Of a stretch of DNA of 64,000 nucleotides, positions 49,446 through 59,185 are shown piece by piece. Numbering within the stretch: position 1 is the first letter of the stretch; every line of letters begins with the position of its first letter. The notes below the pieces were generated by a model, which did not search any database, had not been told where the DNA came from, and was given only the letters and a program-made list of their open reading frames with translations. Source of the DNA: an uncultured Acidobacteriota bacterium (GTDB lineage: Bacteria; Acidobacteriota; Thermoanaerobaculia; Multivoradales; SZUA-115); the NCBI GenBank assembly GCA_963805975.1, contig CAWDVR010000001.1, positions 1,408,001-1,472,000 of the forward strand. Reading direction: 5' to 3'. The position numbers were made by a program, and so were the translations under genes.

Positions 49446-51142
49446 CGCTCGAGCTCTCCGGCAATGACGTTCAAGCCGCCCAGCGAGATCACGGCGTCCG
49501 ACAGCGTGCCGCCCTGGATCAGCTCGGAGAAGGAAGAGAAGATCGGGAAGCACGGCGGCCGCACCTTGAGCCGGTAGGGCTTCGAGGAGCCGTCCGAGAT
49601 GGCGTAGAAGCCGAGCTCGCCGTTGGCGCCCTCGACCGCGGAGTACTGCTCGCCGGCCGGCACCTGGATGCCGTCCATGATCAGCTTGAAGTGATAGATC
49701 ATCGCCTCCATCTGGTTGTAGCAGGCCTCTTTCGAGGGCAGGGCGACATGCGGGTCGTCGACGATGAACGGGCCCTCGGGAATGCCGCGGTCGAGGAGCT
49801 GGCGGATCATCGACAGCGACTGGCGGACCTCGAGCATGCGGATGCGGAAGCGGTCGTGGATGTCGCCGCCGTGGAGCACCGGCACCTCGAAGTCGAGCTC
49901 AGAGTAGAGGTCGTACGGATGCGCCCGGCGCAGGTCCCACTCGACACCCGAGGCGCGCAGGCACGGCCCGGTCCAGCCCCAGTTGACGGCGTCGGCGCCG
50001 TTCATCACCGCCACGCCCACGGCCCGGTCGAGCCAGATGCGGTTCTTGTTGATCAGCTTCTCGACGTCGTCGAGGAACGGCGGGATGATCTCGAGCAGGC
50101 GCCGGGAGCGGGACATGAAGTCCGGCGGCAGATCCTGCGCCAGGCCGCCGATGCGGCCGTAGGAGACCGTGAGCCGCGCGCCGGAGCAGGCCTCCAGGAG
50201 TCCGTAGATCTCCTCGCGCGGCTGGAACATGTACCAGAAGTTGGTGAGCGCCCCGGCGTCGACCAGCGTGGTGCCGTTGCACACGCAGTGGTCCATGACG
50301 CGGGAGAACTCGGAGAGCACGGTGCGCGCCCACACCGCCTTGGGCGGTGCCTCGATGCCGAGCATGGTCTCGACCGTGCGGCAGTAGCCCACGTTGTTGA
50401 TGAACGAGGAGCAGTAGTTGAGGCGGTCGGTGTAGGGGATCACCTGCTGCCAGTTGTGGGTCTCCGCCATCTTCTCGAAGCAGCGGTGCAGGTACCCGGT
50501 CTCGATCTCCGAGGCGACGATCACCTCGCCGTCGAGCTCGGCCACCAGCCGGAAGGTGCCGTGCATGGCCGGGTGCGAAGGCCCGATGTTGATCGTCATG
50601 CGCTCGAACATGTCGTCGGCGCCCTGCGGCACCGAGAGCTGCGGCCGGTACATCTTGTCCTCGGTCAGGATCCAGCGCCGCGCCGCGTCGTAGTCCTTGC
50701 GCAGCGGATGGCCCTGGAACGCCTCGTGGGTGAGCAGGCGCCGGAGGTTGGGATGGCCGGTGAAGCGCAGACCGAACATCTCGTAGGCCTCGCGCTCGAA
50801 CCAGTCGGCGGCCTTCCACACCGGGATGAGCGACGGCAGCACCGGGTCGGCGGCAGTGAGCGGTACCTTCAGGCGCAGGCGCCTGGCGCGCGGCAGCGAG
50901 TAGAGGTGATAGACGGCCTCGAAGCGCTCGGCACGGTCCGGATAGTCGACGCCGCAAAGATCCAGCAGTAGGTCGAAGCGCGTCTCCGGGCTCTCGGCCA
51001 AGTCACGCGCCACCTCGGCCAGCACCTCCCGGCGGACGACCCAGGTCTCCTGGTCCATCCCCTCCTGGACGGCGATCGAGCCGGCCGGGTACTTGTCGAA
51101 CGCCCTAGGCAGAGGCGGCTGCGGCAGCGTCTCGACGGCCAC
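49442..51142 (-). CDS. nuoCD: Complex I fused subunit C/D
   Basis: ERE.YEMFG, HPLRKDY; GPSHPAMHG, GYLHR, DRLNY, GPCLRASG, EGANGELG; no NiFe CxxC motifs. Confidence 0.94.
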   Translation of the reverse strand: MAVETLPQPPLPRAFDKYPAGSIAVQEGMDQETWVVRREVLAEVARDLAESPETRFDLLLDLCGVDYPDRAERFEAVYHLYSLPRARRLRLKVPLTAADPVLPSLIPVWKAADWFEREAYEMFGLRFTGHPNLRRLLTHEAFQGHPLRKDYDAARRWILTEDKMYRPQLSVPQGADDMFERMTINIGPSHPAMHGTFRLVAELDGEVIVASEIETGYLHRCFEKMAETHNWQQVIPYTDRLNYCSSFINNVGYCRTVETMLGIEAPPKAVWARTVLSEFSRVMDHCVCNGTTLVDAGALTNFWYMFQPREEIYGLLEACSGARLTVSYGRIGGLAQDLPPDFMSRSRRLLEIIPPFLDDVEKLINKNRIWLDRAVGVAVMNGADAVNWGWTGPCLRASGVEWDLRRAHPYDLYSELDFEVPVLHGGDIHDRFRIRMLEVRQSLSMIRQLLDRGIPEGPFIVDDPHVALPSKEACYNQMEAMIYHFKLIMDGIQVPAGEQYSAVEGANGELGFYAISDGSSKPYRLKVRPPCFPIFSSFSELIQGGTLSDAVISLGGLNVIAGELER

Positions 51143-51686
51143 GGGACTCTCTCTCCTTGGCGAGCCGCTCGCGATGCTTCTCGCGGTCGCGGATCACCTT
51201 CTCTTTGAGGGTGAGCACGCCGTAGATCAGCCCCTCGGGGGTCGGCGGGCAGCCGGGAACGTAGACGTCCACGGGGATGATCTCGTCGATGCCCTGCATT
51301 ACGTGGTAGGCGCGGTAGAAGCCGCCCGAGCAGGCGCAGGCGCCCATCGAGATCACCCACTTGGGGTCGGCCATCTGGTCGTAGATCTTCTTGAGCACCG
51401 GCCCCATCTTGTCGTTGATGGTGCCGGCGACGATCAGCACGTCGCTCTGGCGGGGCGAGAAGCGCACCACCTCCGAGCCGAAGCGCGACATGTCGTAGTG
51501 GGCCGACACCGTGCTCATGAACTCGATGGCGCAGCAGGCGGTGCCGAACGGGAAGGGCCAGAAGGAGTGTCGTAGAGACCAGTCCTCGAGCTTTTCGAAG
51601 CGGGTGGTCACCCAGGACTCGCCGGTCAGGCCGCTCTTGGCGGAGCGCCCTTCCCCGGAGTCCAGGACTTTCAACTTGTCACTCAT
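51105..51686 (-). CDS. nuoB: Complex I subunit B
   Basis: GTACCAIE, SPRQSD, MGACACSGG, PGCPPTPE. Confidence 0.95.
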   Translation of the reverse strand: MSDKLKVLDSGEGRSAKSGLTGESWVTTRFEKLEDWSLRHSFWPFPFGTACCAIEFMSTVSAHYDMSRFGSEVVRFSPRQSDVLIVAGTINDKMGPVLKKIYDQMADPKWVISMGACACSGGFYRAYHVMQGIDEIIPVDVYVPGCPPTPEGLIYGVLTLKEKVIRDREKHRERLAKERESRGRRDAAAAASA

Positions 51687-51739
51687 CGGTGCCCCCTTCG
51701 AGGTGCGACTCTACCACCAGCGGCGTGCCTCATCCAAAC

Positions 51740-51761
51740 GCTTGTGCGCGCCGGCACAAGC
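51740..51761. terminator. Hairpin downstream of the 515-aa hypothetical gene and upstream of the nuoB promoter
   Basis: GCTTGTGC-gcgccg-GCACAAGC. Confidence 0.45.
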
Positions 51762-51798
51762 CTGGAAAACCTACCGGAAGTGGCACTTAGGGACCTGT

Positions 51799-53346
51799 TC
51801 AGACCGGGCCCGAGTCGCCTCGGAAGGGCTTGTAGGCGAGCAGCCAGAGGCCCGAGTAGTCGCGCATCAGGCGCATCCGCAGGAGCTGCAGCTCACGGGC
51901 CTCGGCCACGTCGCCGTCGGTCGTCGCCTCCTCGATGTAGGGGTCGAAGCGGCGCAGGAAGTGGGCAGCCAGGCGGGTGGTCTCGAACGCGGAGCGGTAG
52001 ACCGGCGCCTCGCCGGTGGTGACGGTGTCGTCCAGGATGGCGCGGATCTCCGCCACCTCGTCGTTGAGGCGCACCCGGAGGGCCGCCGACTCGAGCAGGA
52101 AGCGCTCGGCCTCCGGCCGCCCGCCGTCCCCGGTGGTGAGGCGCCGGTAGGCTTCCACCTCGCGCGGCTCGAGGCGCAGGGCGAAGATCTCCGGCCGCAG
52201 CACCACCACCCGCGGATCCTCGCGCGGGTTGGTGCCCTCGAGCGCCGCCACCAGCCGTTCGTAGTGCGCGGCGAGGAGGTCGCCGGCGCCGCCCGTGGCG
52301 GGCTTCTCCCGCGGCTCGGCCGCGAGCGTCGCCGGATGGGCATCGGTCCGCCCGGCGGCGCGGCTCACGCCGGGCCCCAGCCGGGGCATCAGCGAGCGCA
52401 TGCGGCGTCGGATCTGCGCCAGGTCGTCGAGCGACAGCTCGTCGCGCTGCCGGCGCTCCTCGAAGCGCTCGATGTCCTGGCGGAACTCGACCAGCTCCTG
52501 GTCGAGCTCGCTGCCCACGCCCACGTCCCGCCCCAGCTCGAAGATCTGCTGGTAGTCCTGGGCGAGCCTCTTCTCCTCGTCCTGGTAGAGGGCCTGGATG
52601 CGGTCGCGCAGCTTGAGGTTGGCGTCGACGATCGCCCGCAGCAGGTCGGGAAAGAGGAAGAGCGAGCCCATCGCGTGCTTGATGCCGCGGTAGCGGGGCA
52701 CGATCTCCCGGTGGACCAGCTCGTCCAGGTCCTTCACCTGGGCGACCTCGGTACGGATGCGGGCGATGCGCCGCATCTGCTCCTCGACCACAGGCTCGGG
52801 CGGCGTGCTCTCGCCCAGCACCTGCCACAGCCCCTTGAGCACCTCGCGCCCCGTGTCCTGGTGGCCGGAGACCCGGCCGGCGTCGGCGCCCGGAGCCTCG
52901 TCGGAGAGCCGGGTCAGGAGAAAGTCGAGCTTGTCGATGCGCGCCGCCGGCCAGCCGGAGCCGTCGTGGGTGTAGATGTAGAACTTGATCAACTGGGTCA
53001 GGATCTTCTCGGTGGTGTTGCGCACGCGCAGGAAGAAGTGACGCAGGGAGGCGGGATCGATTCTGCTATCCTCGGCCAGCAACGCCTCCATCAACATGCC
53101 GAGCTGCCGGTCGATCACCCCCAGCTTCTCCTGGACCAGCCCCACCGAGGAGGCGTTCAGGTGATGCGAGACTTCTTTGAGGTCCGAGTAGACCTGCTGG
53201 AAATCCACCGGATAGCGCGGCGGCTCGCCGTCGAGCAGGATCTTGTGCAGGCTCCCCACGAACTGGTGGAAGGCCCAGGCCGCGCGGAAGCGCTCGGAGG
53301 AGTCGACGTACCGCCGGTGGAGGGAGCCCAGCTCCGCTACCGTCAT
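51799..53346 (-). CDS. Hypothetical all-helical / coiled-coil protein (515 aa)
   Basis: Long ORF with host-like codon usage and amphipathic heptads; no recognised motif. Confidence 0.75.
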   Translation of the reverse strand: MTVAELGSLHRRYVDSSERFRAAWAFHQFVGSLHKILLDGEPPRYPVDFQQVYSDLKEVSHHLNASSVGLVQEKLGVIDRQLGMLMEALLAEDSRIDPASLRHFFLRVRNTTEKILTQLIKFYIYTHDGSGWPAARIDKLDFLLTRLSDEAPGADAGRVSGHQDTGREVLKGLWQVLGESTPPEPVVEEQMRRIARIRTEVAQVKDLDELVHREIVPRYRGIKHAMGSLFLFPDLLRAIVDANLKLRDRIQALYQDEEKRLAQDYQQIFELGRDVGVGSELDQELVEFRQDIERFEERRQRDELSLDDLAQIRRRMRSLMPRLGPGVSRAAGRTDAHPATLAAEPREKPATGGAGDLLAAHYERLVAALEGTNPREDPRVVVLRPEIFALRLEPREVEAYRRLTTGDGGRPEAERFLLESAALRVRLNDEVAEIRAILDDTVTTGEAPVYRSAFETTRLAAHFLRRFDPYIEEATTDGDVAEARELQLLRMRLMRDYSGLWLLAYKPFRGDSGPV

Positions 53347-53390
53347 TGTCCGTAGACCGTCATAGAGGGTTTGTCCGCGAGGAGGAGCCA

Positions 53391-53969
53391 TTGTACGAGA
53401 AGGACCCTGCGCACGAGAAGACTGAAGGCTCCCCGGGTTCCGAGCTGCGCGAGCTGATCGGCCGCGAGGAGCTCGAGCGCCGCGTCTCGGAGCTGGCGGC
53501 CGAGATCAGCCGCGACTACGCCGGCTCCCGCCGCTTCATCGCCATCGGGGTGCTCAAGGGCTCGGTGTTCTTCATGGTCGACCTGCTCAAGCAGGTCACC
53601 GTGCCGGTGGCGGTGGACTTCTTCCAGACCTCGAGCTACGGCGACGCCACCTCCCCCGGCGAGGTCAAGATCAGGAAGGACGTCGACCTCTCGGTGCGCG
53701 GCGCCGACGTGCTGCTGGTGGAGGACATCGTGGACACCGGCTACACCTTGCGCACCATTCTCGATCTGCTCCGCTTCCGGGGCGCCAAGAGCGTCAAGCT
53801 CTGCGCGCTCCTCGACAAAGTGGAGCGGCGCAAGGTCGAGGTGCCGATCGACTACCGCGGCTTCCGGATCGAGGACCTGTTCGTGGTCGGCTACGGCCTC
53901 GACTTCGCGGAGCGCTACCGCAACCTGCCCTACATCGCCGTGGTCAACGAGGGGGCCGAGGCCGGCTGA
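53391..53969 (+). CDS. hpt: Hypoxanthine phosphoribosyltransferase
   Basis: GVLKGS, SSYG, LLVEDIVDTGYTL, VVGYGLD..ERYRNLPYI; GAGGAG before TTG. Confidence 0.95.
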   Translation: MYEKDPAHEKTEGSPGSELRELIGREELERRVSELAAEISRDYAGSRRFIAIGVLKGSVFFMVDLLKQVTVPVAVDFFQTSSYGDATSPGEVKIRKDVDLSVRGADVLLVEDIVDTGYTLRTILDLLRFRGAKSVKLCALLDKVERRKVEVPIDYRGFRIEDLFVVGYGLDFAERYRNLPYIAVVNEGAEAG

Positions 53970-54012
53970 GCCGGCCGCCCGCCCGATCCACGCGCAAGGA
54001 GCTTCGACCCCT

Positions 54013-54393
54013 ATGGACTTCCATCACACCGACCAGGCACCGGCCGCCATCGGCCCCTACTCCCAGGCGGTCTCGGCCGACGGCTGGCTCTACACTTCCG
54101 GCCAGGTGGGCCTCGACCCGGCGAGCGGCGAAATGGTCGCCGGCGGCTTCGACGCGCAGGCGCGGCAGGTGCTCGCCAACCTGACCGCCGTGCTGGCGAG
54201 CGCCGGCTGCAGCTTCCAGGACGTGATCAAGACCACCGTCTACCTGGCCGACTTCAAAGACTTCCCGGCCCTCAACGCTCTCTACGCCGAGGCCATGGGC
54301 AGCCACCGACCGGCCCGCTCCACGGTCCAGGCCGCCGGCCTGCCCAAGGGCGCCCTGGTCGAGATCGACATGGTGGCGCGGAAGCCGCAGTAA
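54013..54393 (+). CDS. RidA family enamine/imine deaminase
   Basis: APAAIGPYSQA, SGQ, PARSTV, LPKGALVEID. Confidence 0.94.
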   Translation: MDFHHTDQAPAAIGPYSQAVSADGWLYTSGQVGLDPASGEMVAGGFDAQARQVLANLTAVLASAGCSFQDVIKTTVYLADFKDFPALNALYAEAMGSHRPARSTVQAAGLPKGALVEIDMVARKPQ

Positions 54394-54427
54394 GAAGCCG
54401 CAGCCAGCCGGCGGTCGAGCCCAGGCT

Positions 54428-55206
54428 TCACCCCGCGGTCTTCTCCGCCCAGCCCATGTATTGCACCGAGCAGTCGTGGCTCTCGCCGAGGCCGGCACGG
54501 CGCACGGCCTCGGCATAGCTCAGGCGGCCCTGTTTCCGGGCGCGCAGGATCATGACCAGGCGCAGGGGGTTGGCGCGCGCCTTGAGGCCGGTCCGGCCGC
54601 CAGGCGTGAGACCGCATTTCCCGAGCTCGGCCTCCAGCTCGTCCGGCTTGATGAACATCGACCAGTCGTGGAGGTTGGGGGGCATGAAGCGGGTCCAGCT
54701 CCACTCCTGGAAGATCTTGATCGCGATCAGCTTGCTCAGAGCAGTGCGGTTGATCGTGTCGTAGAGGTAGATGCCTCCCGGCTTGAGCACCCGCGCGGTC
54801 TCGCGGAGGACGCGCCCGAGGTCGTCCACGTGCTCGAGCACATCGCAGCAGTAGGCGAGGTCGAAGGTTTCGTCCGCGAACGGCAATGCCTCGCCGCTCG
54901 CCTGCCGGTAGTCGATCGCGAGGCCGGCTTCGCCGCGTGGGCACGGGCCGCGACGAGAGACTCGGCCGAGGGGTCCACGCCCGTCACCTTGCAGCCGAGG
55001 GCCGCGAGCTCCTCCGCCAGGAGCCCTCCGCCACAGCCGATGTCGAGCGTCTCGAGACCGGCCGGGTCGCGGCCCAGCTCTTCCACCAGGACGCGCCGCA
55101 TATAGCCGAAGCGCGCGGGGTTCAAGGCTTTGAGCACGTGCAGGAAGCCGTCCTCGTCCCACCAGCTTCCCGCCATGCGGTCGTAGAGCTGGTTGTCAAC
55201 CGGCAT
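54428..55206 (-). CDS. ubiG: UbiG-like SAM-dependent O-methyltransferase with a 1-nt deletion near 54933
   Basis: WWDEDG..L.ALNP.R, LDIGCGGGLL, then CDVLEHV..LKPGG..DTINRT..HDW..FIKP in the next frame. Confidence 0.75.
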
Positions 55207-56146
55207 GGTCGTCCTTCGGAGAAACGTACTCGGCCAGCAGCTCGTCGACCAGCGCCGCCCGGCCGGCCTCTACCCGGTCCTCGATCACGGTGCGGCTCAA
55301 GGCCTCGAGCTCCGGCACCACGGCGAGGTTGCCTTCGCGGGCGAGGGCCGCCACGTCGTAGGCCGCGCCGTCCACCCAGCGGCCGGCACGGGACAGGGCG
55401 AGGCCCTGGCCCACCGGGCGCTCGAGAGCGAGCCAGAGCTCGGCGGCGAGGAGCAGGGCGGCGGCGAGCTCGCGGTTGCCCGCGCCGCCGAGCGGCGGCC
55501 TGGGCAAGGGTCGCGGCAGGAAGACGCCCAGCCCGAAGCCCGCCGCCACGCGAGCGAAGTCTCGGGCGTTGGACGGAGCACGGTGGAAGAGCGCCTTGAA
55601 CACCTGCTCGCCCCGCCCCTGGGCGAGCCGCCGGCTGGCGGCAGGCGACAGCTCGAGCGCCAGCGGCTGCACCACCGAGACGCCTGCTCCGGCCAGGACC
55701 TCACAACCCCGGCGCCACTCTCCGGGATCGTCCGTCAGCCCGGCAACGAGTGGCCAGGCGGCGGCGGCACCGGATGGCAGGCGAGCCAAGGCCGCGAGAT
55801 CGCGATCGAGGAGCGCCGGCAGCAGGTCGTAGACCGAGGTCAGACCGGCGACCGGCGCCTCTTCGCCCGGCGCGAGCTGCCAGAGCACCGGCGTGCCCTC
55901 GGCGAGCCGCGCCTCGGCCACGGCCTGGCGCGCCTCTGCTGCCGCGGGAGCCACGGGTGGTAGATAGAGAAGATCGTCGAGCGGGCGCTCGATCTCGATC
56001 GCCGCCTCGGGCGCCGGCTCACCGAGATCGGCGGTCGCGAAGCTCGTCCAGAAAGACGCGGGGCCAGGCCAGACAGAGGGCGTGAACCGGACCCAGAGCC
56101 GGCCCGGGTCCGGGAGCAGCGTCCGGAGCCGCGTGGTGTCGGTCAT
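55196..56146 (-). CDS. Hypothetical protein with C-terminal PolX-like helix-hairpin-helix (8-kDa) domain
   Basis: C-terminus NRELAAAL...ALSRAGRWV...DVAALAREGNLAVVP...G.AALVDELLAEY resembles the PolX N-terminal domain; central PLVAGLTDD. Confidence 0.6.
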   Translation of the reverse strand: MTDTTRLRTLLPDPGRLWVRFTPSVWPGPASFWTSFATADLGEPAPEAAIEIERPLDDLLYLPPVAPAAAEARQAVAEARLAEGTPVLWQLAPGEEAPVAGLTSVYDLLPALLDRDLAALARLPSGAAAAWPLVAGLTDDPGEWRRGCEVLAGAGVSVVQPLALELSPAASRRLAQGRGEQVFKALFHRAPSNARDFARVAAGFGLGVFLPRPLPRPPLGGAGNRELAAALLLAAELWLALERPVGQGLALSRAGRWVDGAAYDVAALAREGNLAVVPELEALSRTVIEDRVEAGRAALVDELLAEYVSPKDDHAG

Positions 56147-56766
56147 TCTCGGCCCGGCCCCGCTCCGGCATACATCTCGACGGCACGGAGAACGTACTTG
56201 CCGAGCACGTCGGCCTCGAAGTTCACGCGGTCGCCGGGCGTGAGCTCATCGAGCGTGGTCACGGCCAGGGTGTGGGGGATCAGCGCCACCTCGAAGCGAT
56301 CGCCGACGAGCGTTGCGACCGTCAGGCTGACGCCGTCGATCGCCACCGACCCTTTGGGGACCACGTTCCGAGCCAGCGCGGCGGGAAGCTCGAAGGCGAG
56401 CACGCGGTGGCCGGTGAGGTCCTGCCGGTCGAGCACGCGCAGAGTCCCATCGACGTGGCCCTGCACCCAGTGGCCACCCAGCGGATCGCCGAGCACCAGC
56501 GGCGGCTCGAGATTGACGGCCTGGCCCTGGCGCAGGTTGCCGAGCGTCGTCCTGGCGAGGGTCTCCGGCGACAGCTCCACCAGCGAGCGCTCGGCATCGC
56601 CCTCGACCACCGTCAGGCAGACGCCGGAGACCGCGAGGCTGGCGCCGGGACTGAGCCTCGCTCCCAGCCGGGCCGAGTGGCCGATCGCGAGCCGCAGGCC
56701 GCCGAGCCTCGACGGCGCCGGGTCCTCGATCAGCCGCCCGCGCTCGGCAACAAGTCCCGTAAACAT
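56143..56766 (-). CDS. ribE: Riboflavin synthase
   Basis: MFTG start, GVCLTV, VNLE, GGHWVQGHVD, DGVSLTV. Confidence 0.96.
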   Translation of the reverse strand: MFTGLVAERGRLIEDPAPSRLGGLRLAIGHSARLGARLSPGASLAVSGVCLTVVEGDAERSLVELSPETLARTTLGNLRQGQAVNLEPPLVLGDPLGGHWVQGHVDGTLRVLDRQDLTGHRVLAFELPAALARNVVPKGSVAIDGVSLTVATLVGDRFEVALIPHTLAVTTLDELTPGDRVNFEADVLGKYVLRAVEMYAGAGPGRE

Positions 56767-57825
56767 CCGTTGCGGTGTCCTGTCAGCAGGAAGTCTTCGC
56801 CCAGCCGGCCGACGGTGAGATTTTCGAGCGCCGGTGCCTCGGCGAGGGGTCCGAGGCCCGGACCGCCGAGCGGCGTCGGTGCCTCCCGGCCGCCCACGAG
56901 CTTCGGCGCCACCACGGCGAGGACACGATCGTAGCAGCCGGCGGCCACGAAGGCCGAGGCCACCTCCCCACCCCCTTCGACGAGAACGCTCTGGGTTCCA
57001 TGGGCGGCCAGATCGGCGAGCACCGCCGCGGGCCCCACCCGGGCGAGCCGCACCACCTGCGCACCCGCCCGCTCCAGAGCTTCCCAGCCGGCGGAAGGCT
57101 CTGCCTCGGTGTAGACCACCACCGGCCCTTCGTCCGCCAGCAGCTTGGCGTCGGCCGGCAGGCGCAGCCGCCGGTCGAGCACCACGCGCAGATTGGGACG
57201 GCCGGCAAAGCCCAGCCGGCGGTTGCCGCGCGGATCGTCCGCCAGCACGGTGCCGATGCCCACCAGCAGGGCATCGTGCTCCTCGCGCAAGGCGAGCGCC
57301 CAGCGGCGGGCGCGCGGCGAGGAGATCCAGCGGCTCTCGCCGCCGGCGGTGGCGATCTTGCCATCCAGGCTCATCGCCCACTTGAGCGAGACGCCGGGCC
57401 TGCCGAGGCGCTTGGCGATCAAAAAATGCAGATTGAGGAGCGCCGCCTGCTCGGCGAGCAGGCCGACCTCGACCTGGATCCCCGCCGCGCGCAGCCGGGC
57501 CAGCCCCGAGCCGCTCACCCGCGGGTCCGGATCGGCGTGGCAGGCCACCACCCGCGCGATCCCGGCGGCGATCACCGCCTCGGTGCACGGGGGCGTGCGG
57601 CCGAAATGGTTGCAGGGCTCGAGGGTGACGTAGAGCGTGGCGCCCACCGCCCGGCTCCCGGCTTGGCGCAGCGCTTCTACCTCGGCGTGCGGCGCCCCGG
57701 CGGCGGCGTGGAAGCCCTCCCCCACCAGCTCGTCGCCGGCCACCACCACGGCGCCCACCCGCGGATTGGGAGCCGTGCGATAACGCCCGCGGGCCGCGAG
57801 AGCCAGGGCTCGGGAAAGTGCGCGC

Positions 57826-57842
<17 letters not shown>
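56730..57842 (-). CDS. ribD: Bifunctional riboflavin deaminase/reductase, probable CTG start
   Basis: PNPRVGAV, HAE, TLEPCNHFGRTPPC, SLDGK, VEGG; conserved N-terminus extends upstream of the GTG at 57758. Confidence 0.93.
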
Positions 57843-58796
<954 letters not shown>

Positions 58797-58800
<4 letters not shown>

Positions 58801-59168
58801 GCCTTGACGAAGGCCTCACCCGCGAGCAGCCGCGCCGCGTTCTCGAGCTCGCGCCGGGCCATCGCGGCACGCACCGGCGGGCGCTGCACGAGAACCAGGT
58901 AATAGCCGTCGGGCAACGGCACGGCATGGATCAGGAAGTCGTCCTGCTCGAACTGCAGCACGGAGAACTCACCCAGCCAGTTCGAGGAGACGATGCGCTC
59001 CATCTGCCGCAGGTGGATGCCGAGATAGGCGCCCAGGATGCGGAGCTGGTAGGGGCTGATCTCGGTGCAGGAGAGGTCGATGGTCTCGCCGCTCGGGTCG
59101 AGGAACAACGCGCCGACGGCGTTCTCGTTGTTGGCCAGCAGGTTGGCGAGCACGTAACGAAAGGGCAT
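58797..59168 (-). CDS. Roadblock/LC7-like small protein
   Basis: 123 aa helix-strand pattern GALFLDPSGE...YYLVLV...AARLL. Confidence 0.7.
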
Positions 59169-59185
59169 TGCGCAGCTCCTCGAGC

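Noticed and set aside
49442-51686. Group 4 [NiFe]-hydrogenase interpretation of nuoB/nuoCD
   Set aside because: The large subunit lacks both CxxC NiFe-binding motifs and keeps complex I quinone-site residues; no maturation genes are present
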